A DNA stretch of 64,000 bases. Source: Massalongia carnosa (taxonomy: Eukaryota). Location of the stretch: positions 1,240,001 to 1,304,000 of the forward strand of contig OZ287076.1 of the NCBI GenBank assembly GCA_965645245.1. The letters run 5' to 3'. A program made the translations under genes and the position numbers. Every line of letters starts with the position of its first letter. The first letter of the stretch is position 1. Positions 50,979 through 62,665 of the stretch are shown one piece after another. A model generated the notes under the pieces. That model had not been told where the DNA came from. It worked only from the letters and a program-made list of their open reading frames with translations, and made no database searches.

Positions 50979-52142
50979 ATGGCAGCTCTCGCAATTCAAG
51001 CCGCAAACACGATCTGGGGGCAAGCAGAGAGGGTTATTAATGAAGGGCGCGCTACTAAGATCTCACTTCCTGTTCTAACGCAGTTGCGCATTGGAAAAGT
51101 AGGAATTGATATCATCAAGGCCAAATACAGGTAGTTTTACTCACTCTCTTGACGTTCTGGTTCAAAGACTAACGTGAACCAAGCGAACTAATCCAAGCTG
51201 AAGTTATAACTAGAGTCACTGCTGCTGGACTCTTACAATTCATGCCTCCCAACAACACTTGGGGCCCTGTTTTCAATCCAGCAGAAAAAGTGGTAGATTC
51301 TAAGAAATCTAAACTCCCTCGTCCTCCCAATGCTTTTATATTATATCGCCAGCAACATCATCCTTCCATAAAGGAAGCCTATCCTGATTTACATAATAAT
51401 CAGATTTGTAAGAACCTATATCTTACCAAATCTAACGGTGCTAATCTGCGACAGCCATCATTCTAGGCAAGCAGTGGAAGAACGAAGACAAAGCCACTAA
51501 AGATATGTTTAAGCGTATGGCCGAGGACCTAAAGAAGAAGCACTTCGAGGAGAATCCCGGATACCACTATCAACCTCGAAAACCGACCGAGAAGAAGCGT
51601 CGTATGACCCGCCGAAAACTAGATACAATTTGTAAGAGTGCTAGCACTCATGTCGAGTCATCTACTGAATTAGCTTCTGTTGAGACATTCCAGGCGGATG
51701 GCAATTCAACTGCCTTGCCAGACATTGAGACCATAGAGGCTGGAAATGCTGCTGTTACCTATGGCGACGAGACTATCGACGATGAGTCATTTGAGGCTAT
51801 GCTTAAGCACTACAACTCCACTATTCCGGATTCTGGCCCACACCATGGAAAGAGCACCGCTATCTACACAGAACGTACTGCCGAGGCTAACGAGAATATT
51901 ACACTGTATGGAGCAAAATGTTTTGATGATATCTTTCTCGGTCCCACCCAGCAGGAATCTCTAGCAGAGCTAGATCGAATTCTTGGGCCTATCGAGAAGC
52001 TGGATGAGGCCTGGGATACTTTGGATGGCTCGCAGCAAGCGCAGATTTTGAGTCCAGACTTCGATTTTGGTAAGGGCGATTCCATCCTTGGTTTATGGTC
52101 TAACGTTTTAAAGACTCTTTTTTTGAGAAACTTACCTTCTGA
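50979..52142 (+). CDS. MAT1-2-1: HMG-box mating-type transcription factor
   Basis: KLPRPPNAFILYRQQHHP..NNQI|SIILGKQWKNE..HFEENPGYHYQPRK with the conserved Ser-codon intron (51408-51454); 5' intron 51131-51183; probable 3' intron 52070-52113. No stop codons or frameshifts after splicing. Confidence 0.95.
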
Positions 52143-52207
52143 AGGAGCTCGTGTCTTCAAGGTGTTCACACCCGATACATGGCATTTAAATACATCTCCC
52201 CCTCCTT

Positions 52208-52305
52208 CTTACAACTCACCTCACATACAAATCCCAGGTACTTGTACCTCGGAATGCCCCCTTTTACACATCCCCTTACAACTCACCACACATACAAATC
52301 CTAGG
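52208..52305 (+). repeat. 31-bp near-tandem duplication at the MAT1-2 / repeat-copy-2 junction
   Basis: CTTACAACTCACCTCACATACAAATCCCAGG (52208-52238) versus CTTACAACTCACCACACATACAAATCCTAGG (52275-52305), 2 mismatches. Confidence 0.85.
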
Positions 52306-52407
52306 GGGGTGGAACACGGGTAGGTAAGGCGGGGAGGTTTGTGGTGATCTTATCCGTCATCAGGGAAGTATTTCATTGAACTAATCATGCAGCCCAAGAT
52401 AAATACA
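52302..52407 (+). repeat. MAT direct repeat, copy 2 (between MAT1-2-1 and MAT1-1-1)
   Basis: Same-orientation copy of 49561-49666. Confidence 0.95.
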
Positions 52408-52951
52408 GGACTGAGTTTCTCCGTATAAGTCTACCGGTACTCCAACAAAGATCTAGCCATTGGCGGGGATTATGAAGAAGCTACAGTAAAGCTCCTAATT
52501 GAGGAGATTGTACCTCTACATTTATTATATTTTCCTCACTTCATATCAGCTTTAATACTATCTCATTTCTAGTACCGTTGCTTCATGTTCTCCTAATTGC
52601 ATTCTAGCATCTGGAGCTACCTACTAAGAGAATCGGCAGAAGGGGATGCTATTTCCATGGAATGTGACTTTGAGCATATCTTCTAGCAGTCCCACGCTAA
52701 TATCCGCCCATCGCCAGTGAAGGAAAACTAGATACTAGCCAAGTCATTTATCTACAGTAACCGTTGATCATTCCTAGCCATCGTTCAATCCATCAATTAA
52801 TTCGTTGTTTTCTTGAATACCCAAAGCTCCTATTTCAGTACTAATAGGAGCATAGCCAACACAACCGGTAAAAGGCATATGCTGCAAGAAAATGACTATG
52901 GTTTGTTAGCTTTCCGAGAGAATTAGGGTGTTAATGTATTTGCGTTGGCTT

Positions 52952-54185
52952 TTAAAGGGGTTCTTCAAGGACCCATTCGCTCATGTTGAAATCAAACGGA
53001 CTAAGACAGCTAATGTTGATAGCATCAAAACTATACCGATTGGCTGGATCCCAGGCTGCTGAATCCAAAAACTGTGCAAACTCGTCATCAAACTCATAAT
53101 GACCGTTAGAGCTGAGATCCCTAGTGATCGTGGAGGTGTTCGCAACAACGTTAGCTCGGTGGGCAGTGTTGGCTTGCACAACATTTAGGGTGCTTGAAAT
53201 TCCTGTATGGGGGGCTGTATTAACAACATTTAGATTGGTCGCATTTGGACTTTGAGTAGGGAATGCCGAGGCTCCAGCTGCATTCTTATCAGTCTGGACT
53301 AAAAAATAATAACCCCCTACATTACTTACAAGTATTACCAGCAATCTGAACAGGTCCTTGAAGACCCGTAGAACCATTTCCAGCGGTAGCGCTATGGTGA
53401 CTCGCACGAGTTATAGCTGAAGAACCAACCGATTGTGCAGAATTCGCCATTGCCAAGGTAGCTTGATGATTCGGGCGGTCGAAGCTATAGCCGTCGGCCA
53501 TATAACCCGCGTTGAAGCTATTTTGGATTACATCCTCAACTGAGGCATTAGTGATGAGCGTTTGGTTATCGAATCCTTGATCATGGAAGCAGTTTGTACG
53601 GCGCAAGGTAGTGTGCCCGGCACTATTAGCTGCGACCTCCCATCCATAAACGACCAAGTACATGTCCGGGGGGGTGATCCCCACAAAAGGCGCATTGATT
53701 GCGAGGAACTTATCCAATGGAGCCTTCTCTTTACCAACCTGATCGCGAATCACGGAGAATGCTTTTGCAATGATACTCCATTTACCTTTAGAATTTTCTG
53801 CCTGCCAAAGATGCGTTAGGAACCCAGAGATATCTTTCTGCTGAAAACTCGTAAAGATGCAAGCATAATAAGCTTAGATCAGTTAGCGTATGGCTACAAG
53901 TTGATCTATTAGACACTTACTACGATACGCCATCCAAGAATTAAGAGGACGAATCGCCTTAAAAATAACCGCATTCACTTCGGGAAGTTTCTTTGTATCT
54001 TTACCATGAAGAGCTGAAATGGCCACAGCTGTGCTAGGTCCGGTCTCAGCGGCTGGTTGAAGCAATGTAGAACCCTGGTTGGTGGCCAAGGAGTTAAGGA
54101 TATTTTGAGCTGCGATAGTCATTTTTTCAACCTGGTGAGGGTTCAAAGAGGCGAATACCCGCTGAGCTGCAGGTGACATGTTCAT
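52952..54185 (-). CDS. MAT1-1-1: Alpha-box mating-type transcription factor (about 377 aa)
   Basis: IRPLNSWMAYR|TYYACIFTSFQQKDISGFLTHLWQAENSKGKWSIIAKAFSVIRD with the conserved alpha-box intron (53920-53873); a second intron 53329-53278 joins the 52952 ORF in frame. Start is 54185 or 54179. Confidence 0.95.
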
Positions 54186-54584
54186 TTCCTTAGAGGTGGG
54201 AAGCTCTTTAGAGAATATTGAATTCAAGCTATGATATGAAGTAGGGTTGCAAGAAATCCGGAGATGTGGAGGTGCAAGAGCAAATGAGTTGTGGATGAAG
54301 AGAGAGTTGGAGGAAGTTGGAAGAGGTTGGATGATTCTTGGTTTATTTATAAGTTGGAGTTTGTGTTGATGTTAGGTGAATTTGTGATGAGACTTTCTTT
54401 GTGCCAGTGAGGCGGAGGCAGACGCATCCAAAAACAAATGGGAGGCCGATCATTTAGTCTCCTTTTATCTTCATGCAAAGAAACACTAACTCTGCTTTAC
54501 AAGTTCTCGTCAATCCATAATTGTTTTCAAAGGTTTTATCAGTTTCAAATTGTCATTTCCTAATACTGTGTGAACCATCCCTCC

Positions 54585-55794
54585 CTACTTCCCAGAGACT
54601 GGAAATTCGTTCACGACGACAGCAGCTCTAGATGCTGTTTCCTGTATTCTTTCAGGGCGCTCTAATGAAATTAGCATCCTTCCTACATTCCTAAGTTATG
54701 GGGGGGGGTTTTACGGAAACTATTATTCAGCGACTCTAAGCTTGACATATTGTTTTTAGCCAACGGACGTACAAAGTCTCCGTCATAGCCAGGAAATGGT
54801 GGTAGAATTTTATGAGCCTATTTATCATTAGTAAGAGAAGCCACAGGTTTTTATGGTGCTTGATACCAAGGTTACTATACGGGTACTTTGTTTAGCGGTG
54901 GTCCATGTTTGAGTGGGGCTCTGATATATGTTAGCTATTCTATTAACCAAGTTCGGTGCAAATAATATGATGGGCTCACCGAGATTTCTATTGGATTCGT
55001 TTTGCGCTACTAGAGGATTAGGGAAGTTCGTTAGGGATAGGGCGATCCTCCATGCATATGAACTTACAGTTCCAAGTGCCTGAAGGACAGATCGACGGTC
55101 TTCCTTCATCTTATGTATAATAAGCTTCGCCGCGGTTGGTATAACTTGAATGCTCCCAGCTTCAGGCTTATACCAGTCATCATATCCACCTTCTTGTGGA
55201 TTGTTGTGGAGGAACTGCTGCCAGGATTTTCGCTCTTCAGTTTCGTCAAAAAGAAAAATGTCGGTGAAAGACTCTTCAATAGATTCATGAAAGATGTCTC
55301 GCGCTTCTGAGATCTTGTCCATTTCTAAATCAACTTTTATGAGAGTATCACGGATTTGAGAAACGTCGTAATTAAAATATTCTTCAACGATCTTGCTGGC
55401 AAAAAGTTCTGGATGTTTGTTTAGCCGTTCGATCTCCGGAATAGAGATATCTAAGCACTGAGTAATATTCTTCTCGTTGTGTTCGGGAAAATTAATATGC
55501 GCAAAGATCGCCACAAGGAGATTGAATTTGATGCATCGCAGAAAGTGGTTGCTGCAAGGATAGGAAATGCCGAACGTATCTAGTGGTGTCAAACAAGTCT
55601 ACAGCATTATGGAAAATGTTCTCACCTTTGACAGTGCCTTTATTTTCATCCTCGAAAGTCAGAGGCTCAAGGTTAGGTCTTTTTAAAGTCCGACTGACTT
55701 TGATCCACTCTCGATCTACCGACGCAAGGAATTCAGCATCCGAAAGCTCATTCTTAGATAGCTTGAATCGACGTTTCACCCTGGTAGTAGGCAT
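54585..55794 (-). CDS. Putative auxiliary MAT1-1 idiomorph gene between APN2 and MAT1-1-1
   Basis: ORFs 55492-55794 and 54828-55592 join in frame through a 46-nt intron 55625-55580; two further GT-AG introns extend the frame (AHKILPPFPGYDGDF..FPVSGK*). No domain recognised; the call rests on position. Confidence 0.65.
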
Positions 55795-56084
55795 AGTTGC
55801 AACGGTAGGACAAAGTCAAGATCCTAGAAGCAGCTTTGATTGCCATACAAAATAGTTAAGGCGGAGAAGAGATGTTTACGAACCAACGAAACAGTTGGGC
55901 TTTTCGCAACTCTATTTAAAGTGATGTTTAAGTGAATGAAGAAGCTATAGTCATATCGGAGCTTCAATAGTCGCTAGGTTGTGAATGGGGTAGAGCCTTG
56001 AGGAATGCACACTAACAGATCCACACATCCAGATTTTTTTGAGGGGGTAATTTTGTTAAATAACATAATTCACGATTTCGCTTG

Positions 56085-58288
56085 CTATGCTTGAGCCACC
56101 GGTTCCGAATGAGGCAAACAGTCTTCATGGACTGAATTCTTTGCAGCAATCGCATTCCAATCGCTGCACCAAATGAAGGTTTGGCATCGCCACTGGGTAT
56201 TCCTTTCCTTGGACCCCGTGGGTCCTAGCGGCCGTGGGCACATCCAGAACGATCTCCCGCAGTTGATGCCGCTCTTCCTTGTCAGGAAGCTGACACATGG
56301 CTCGCGGTGCCCCTCGCACCGCGGCGCCGCTGGTTTAGCGAAAAGCTTGAACCATGAATCTTTGGACTCCACGGGGTCGTGCACGGTTTCTTGACTTTGA
56401 GAAGTGCCTCCGTCGTGATCTGCTTCGTTTGTCTCGACAAAGGACATTGACTCTTTATCAGAGACTCGCGGCGAAAGAGCCGCTGGAGATAAGAGTGTTG
56501 AAGTCAGTTGATTGGTATTGGGAATATTAAACATGTCTGCCGTCCTGGCCGTTTGCGGAAGATTGTGTCTGGGGATACTTTTGTCTGAGCCTAGCTGCGA
56601 TGCAACCATCTCTAGATCAAGAGTGGCGATGCCGCTAATAGAGCCAGATGCGCCTTTGGGTTTGAAGAAGCCTTTGAGGCTTTGTTGTTGACCCTTTGAA
56701 CTAGCTACAGGCATTGTCGCGGTAGACCCGACCTTTGCTCGCTTCAACGATTTGGCATTAACACCCTCGCCCAAAAGCCGTTTGTTGTCTGTTGGTGACA
56801 GTGACTTGGCTGGGTTCGTTCCCGTGGTTTCACATTCGGTTCTAGATGAGCGTGTTCGTTGAAGCGCCTGTTTACCTGCCAAGGGTGGCTTGGAAAGCCA
56901 AGTTGAAGAAGTACCAATATCTGCTTCTGGGCTAGGAATACATTTGCACTGTTTAGGGGCGAGAGAAGGTTTCCGGTTGAACATATCACGGATGCTCCTT
57001 CGACCGTCAAATTCGGGGATCAGCTTTCCAGATAGAGGCAGGATATCTTTGGTAGAGTATTCTCTCTGACGCTGACCATGCAAGAACATCCCAGTAGGGT
57101 TCATTACATCCAACAAACAAACATACTCCCCATCAATCAAAACTTTATTATTCATAGTCGCATAGACAGGGCAATGATCTGACCCCTGTTCGCTCGAGTT
57201 AGCGAAGAAGCTCCATTCTTATTCATATAGAAATAATACCATAAGACCCTCCTGTATGTTGGAGCCAGAAAACCATCCCTTCATCGCTAGACTGCACAGC
57301 ACATAATCAATTCTAGAACCATAGTTTCCAGGCCTTGCATTGGTCTTTTGCTCCCAGCAGGTGAACATGCCTTTTCGACCTGGGTGGAACTCGCGACAGA
57401 TATCCCACAAAACTGGCTCCTCCCTCCCCTCGTCCCTTTCTCCAAAAACCTTGCCACCCTCTAGAAGCTGATTGAATAGACGTCTAGAAGACGTTGAGAC
57501 ATACTCCTCCGCCGTCATACCCATTTTCCGCATCGATGTTTCGGCATTGGCCGTGTCGAGTTCTTCTCGAGATATGTTGAGGTCCCCAGTCAATATGACT
57601 TTCTTACCAATCGACACCAGGTTTCGAATACGTGCATCCAGCAGATTGAGAAACCCAAGCCTATACTCATCCCTTGACTCGTCCCTGTTCGCTGGACTGT
57701 ACACACCCAAGAGCACAAAAGCAGGAAACTCGAGTATTACGCATCGTCCTTCGGAGTCTACGGTGGCAGCATCGACTGCTGAATTGGCAAGTTGAGCCGG
57801 AGTAGGATAACCTCCAATTTGTTGATTCGCTGAGAGATCTGAGAAGCGTGTCGACGAGTTCGGCGGGCAAAGGACCCCTGTGATACCTTCCTCGGCGCGA
57901 ATTGGTGCGCAGACTGATTGCTTCGTATATATTACTACTCCAGAATAACCTAAGCGGTGTTAGTCGTCTCCTTTAGACCATGACGATTGAAGCCGCACCT
58001 TTTTTATGCCTTGGTAAACTCCAATAGCAGTCCCACCCTTGAACAAGCACCATGTCATCGCGTAAATCCTTCCTTTGGATCTTGGTCTCTTGGAAGATGA
58101 CTATATCAGCTTCCAAGATCTCGAACATTGCCTCGAAAGTCTTCTTGCTCCCCCATGGTTGATACTGAAATGGATTCCGTATGCCATTGACTGCTGTGCA
58201 TTAGCAGAATAGCCCATAAATCCAGTGTTAGATTATAGAAGCGTAAGAATCACTAACCATTCCAGGTGGTTATACGTAGCGCCATCAT
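56085..58288 (-). CDS. APN2: AP endonuclease / DNA lyase 2
   Basis: LRITTWN|VNGIRN, FQETK, GYSGV, DSEGR, GDLN, GSRIDY and GSDHCPV motifs plus a C-terminal GRF zinc finger (CEGHREPC..GRSFWMC..CQTFIW); the canonical MAT-flanking gene. Confidence 0.96.
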
Positions 58289-58590
58289 ACAATCTGTGTT
58301 TTCCGACGCTTCATGATTTCCGTGTTCACTGGCGCATCATGCAGCAGACGCCATAGCCCAGTGAACAACCTATGTGAAATTTTAACACTGCTGGTATGAG
58401 AATTTACCTACTTGCCAGATGAAATAAAGCCTGGAAATACTTCTTCTCTGTAGCCTCCTATCACACACTCGCGATGTTTACTACCACCTACGTCATAGGA
58501 GAGTTAAATGCGCGCTTAACAGGCATATTAACTCCAAGACCCCGAACCACACTCCGTTACTTCAATTCAAGCTCATTGCTAACCCTCATC

Positions 58591-59389
58591 ATGCTCTCAA
58601 GGCAAGCCCTACTGCGCGCGAAGCAGTGTACGAGTCAACGGGCTCCTACTATACTCTTACGCCATACCCTCCAGCGCCGCTCAGCGAGCGGAGGAGGCCC
58701 TCCACTTACAGGCGCTGCGGACAACGCATTCAACAGGGAAAGAGCAGCAGTAAAGGCACATGCTGCTAAATCTGCTGGTATGGATGCTACATTATTTTTA
58801 CTCTATAAATTATAAGACTAACCCAACCATTCTCTAGACACCTGGCGGAAACTGTCTATATAGTGAAACCTCAATGTACCTCTAACGGTTTGGCGCGAAA
58901 GGCTTACGCATGATAGCGTTGTCATCCCTTGCCTGATTCTCGCCTCACTTAATGCGTATAACCTCTGGAACGAGCATTGGGAGCACTGGGATCATCTACC
59001 CCCACTTGAGGAACGGATAGAATACCCGTACCAGAACATTAGGACCAAGAACTTTTTCTGGGGGGATGGTGATAAGGTTGGTCTCTCCTCCATTTTTATG
59101 CTTAATGAAACCCGAAGGCTAATCATTCAATTTATCAGACTCTCTTGTAAGTAATAGCCTTCCTTTATAAAAGGTGTAAACTACGAGTGCGTGTACAAAC
59201 TGCACTAAAAGTTGCGAATGTCAATTTGCGATCCTAGTATTTTTTCGAAGTAGTAATCATATTCAATGGACTGGAGGCGTTTGGCGTATCCTTTGGTTTT
59301 CTCTTAAGTACTACGCAGAAGAAGCTGTGCGCTAATGCGTACATTCTAGTTGGAATCCAAAGGTAAACTATCACAAGAAGGATGTCTGA
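58591..59389 (+). CDS. COX13: Cytochrome c oxidase subunit VIa
   Basis: DNAFNRERAAVKAHA, TWRKLS, EHWEHW and EYPYQNIRTKNFFWGDGDK|TLF|WNPKVN motifs; 8-nt exon 59139-59146. Confidence 0.93.
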
Positions 59390-59691
59390 AAGCGGTAAGG
59401 TAAATGCTGCGCAAAGGAGTGGTTAAGGTAGCGGATTCTATTTTGCACATTGATTCTATTGAAGAAGACTTGCGGAATGAGTAGACCATGTCATAACTGG
59501 AGTTCTTGAGTGTTTTTCTGTCATACGGTGTTTGTACGCATATCGACTCGATAACTCAATTCAATTCGACGCTAATTTTTGCAATGCTTGCCATGTGTGA
59601 AAACCCAGGTTTCATCGAGTTGTATCTTACGTACCTTTTTGTCGAGATCTATTTGACCATTCGAGCGCTCAGCCCACTTAGCAGCACCTGA

Positions 59692-62322
59692 TCAAAATTC
59701 CTCGTATGCAGACCTCTTGATATCCAAGTACTTTGCTGCACAATCGTTGGCGAGTACCAGATCCCTATTCAAATGCATGATCGTAGCCTTCTTTGCCATC
59801 ATCTCACACTGTCCCCGGACATCTTCTATCTTCGAGAACTCGTCAAAGGATAGATCAATACAGTTTAAGGCTTTGGTCAGTTGTTCTTTTCGTTGTAAAC
59901 TCTCGGCTTTCGCTTGCCCAGCCATTCCCATATGGGCATCCGCGAGAAAGCAAAATGTTTGTCCTGCCAGATCACAGTCTTCGCATTCAAGCATCTGAGG
60001 CACAATGCTCTCTAGTAGCTTCGCAGCTGGTCCAAACTCTTTGATGCTAATCAGGACCCCACACACTGCACCAACCGCTTCCCAAAGTCCTGGTAAGATC
60101 ATGGATCGATGCGCAAGGCTCGCAGCGCGGAGGGCAACCGAAAACCCTTTCTGTGGAATACCAGCTTTGTCGAATATCCGTGCCTTCACGGTCATGATTT
60201 TGACTCGTTGGGCAATATCCGCTTCTTGATCAGTCAATTTCATGGCAAACTTCTCGAGGATAGCCATAGCTTCGGAGAAATTTTGGTATCGTATTTGTAA
60301 ATCGATCTCGAGTATGGTCATGGTGAAGAGCATATCCTGGCCGAGATAGGGGATCGCTTTGATTTGGGAGAGAGTATACTCTGCAGCCACTAGGTTGTTT
60401 CTATTTAAAGATAAGCAGCTTCATGAACGATGATGGAGGTGCTCCAACCTGTGAAGATGTCGCTGCAGCTTCAGTATCCCCATAAAAGCGACCCAGTATT
60501 GGTGATACTTGAGTGTGCGCAGAGATTCCTGGTCGACATCCTCCAAGCGTGCGAAAGCGTCATCATAACGACCCTTTTGAGCAAGCTATTGAGGGTGTCA
60601 GAATTGGTATGCGGGTATTTGTATCAAAGTACGGACTAAATATGCACTTTTACAAACACAATGTACGATATCCTCAACAGGAGAGTGGGCTACATAGCAT
60701 TGAAGAAAAAGCTCCCCGAACAGCCAGGACTGGCAAGCCACGCCTGATCTCAAGTTAGAAACCAAGATTTCTGTTGTATTTATAGAAAAACTCCATACCA
60801 AGTCTACCAAATATAGAAGACTGCATCATCATTTGGCTGCCAATAGCATTTATCACGTTCTTCGTCACGTTCAAATGGGATGCCTTCAAAAGACACTCAA
60901 ATGCGTACGAAACACTGCTTCCCTATCAGAATCCTCAGAATATTAGATGATACTTTACCACGTGCTGGGGATTAGAATCTAGGAGCGAGTACGCACATTG
61001 CTGAGCGTAAGCTTGGCTTCGCTCAATAAAGATGTGCTCAGAAGACTCCACATGTTAGTCTCCTTGGCTTTAGCTTTAAGAAAAGCCAATGCTCCCTTGT
61101 CTGAACCCAGGACCCCTTTTTCCTGGACTGCGCCCATCTCCATGGGATGTGCTTTAGCAAAATGATACAGCCAGCTGAGGCTGTAGTTCAAGCATCCCAT
61201 GTCATTGTTTTCTCTCGCTGTGGAGATGGTTTCTTGCATTGCCACAATGGCTTCGGAGTAGCAGCCAAAGTCGGCGTGAAGAATCGCAAGGTTAAGCAAT
61301 GCATACTGGTAAAAGGTACGATCCCGGTTATGCATAGTGTAATCAAAGTACCGATGGAGATTGTCAAACGAAGAATAATAGTCTCCTGCTTTCCATGAAT
61401 CGAGAAACCTGGGTTAGGTCAGAGCTAGAAGCTATGAAGGACGAGAGATAGTTATACTGCACGTAATGCGAAAGACTAGGAACTGTGACACCACTTTGGA
61501 CCATTTTCAGAAGTTGCTCTTTCATAAGCTGAGGGAGTCTATTTCCCATTTCTACACATAAGTTGAGTATATCAAATCTCATTGTAGAATGCGGCAATCT
61601 TGCGTACTTTGCATTTGTTCAACCTGATACTCAAGGAGTTTCTCTAAATCATTAGTACTAACGCTTGCTTCATGTCGGGTATTATCTAGCATGTCGCCAT
61701 AGACAAGACCCGTCAGGCAGGCGCTTAAATCAAAGCTGTCTTCTTGAAGGTTGGCGTCAAAAACAAATCTTCCTACAGCTGGCTTTCTCCTTTTCCATTG
61801 AGAGAACGTTGGGGTTCGGTAATTGACAAAGCTCTTCCAGAGTATGATGCCATCATGAAACTTTAGCCTTGTATATTCAAGCTGAGCCCTTCTGACAAAA
61901 GCACCCAACGGAGAAATTCTAGATAGTAGGATAGGTTTTTGATTTGTGGTTCTGTCACTGTCGGCATTTCTTTGCGATCTCTCGTCCACCTTCTCAAGAA
62001 GAAAGGAAAGTGTATCAAAGAAAGAATGAAGAGCGTCAAAAGAGTTGATATCCCAAAGTTTTTTAAGTAGTAAATCCCAAATGGTGCGTCCTGGTATGCC
62101 AGAGGCCAAACTGATAGTGGCCTTCTGGAAGCTATCAATTGAAGATGTGAAGTTACGGTATGGTGCAACGGCATCGCCAGCGCACAACGGCTCGATCGGC
62201 AAAATGTGCGTGATCAGGAATGAAAGAACAGGAATTGTTGCGGCGGATGGTACAACGGATTCTGCATAGAGCGATATCAACGCAAGAAATCCTATCCTGG
62301 ACGGCGTCAAGTAACGTGACAT
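59692..62322 (-). CDS. APC5: Anaphase-promoting complex subunit 5
   Basis: MSRYLTPSRIG, PGRTIWDLLL and LHRYFDY..YQYALLNLAILHADFG..ARENNDMGCL motifs; several introns; usual neighbour of COX13/APN2. Confidence 0.9.
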
Positions 62323-62665
62323 GATCTGGGTCTGACTGAAACTCGGTCGAAGGGAATGTTAAGGTAAGGTGAAGGTAAAAAGTATGCGAGGAGGAACTTT
62401 CGACAGTAGGATGATATGATACATATTCTAGAGCGCTCTTACATAGGTGTCTAACCAAAACTGTTGCTTGGAATCTTGCTGCAATCTTTAAGTTGTTGAC
62501 AGACGTTGGAACTGTCAAGGGGTATATGTGATAAGTTCAAGCAAAGCATCGACGGTACGGCACAACTAAATTAGATTTCTTAAGTATACACAATACTACA
62601 CTATAGAGATTCAAAAAAGTCATGACCGTCCGGCTGATAATACGCCTTTGGTTCTATAAAAAGGG

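Noticed and set aside
53322..53407. Apparent frameshift in MAT1-1-1 (two overlapping ORFs)
   Set aside because: A canonical 52-nt intron (53329-53278) restores the frame, so it is not a pseudogene.
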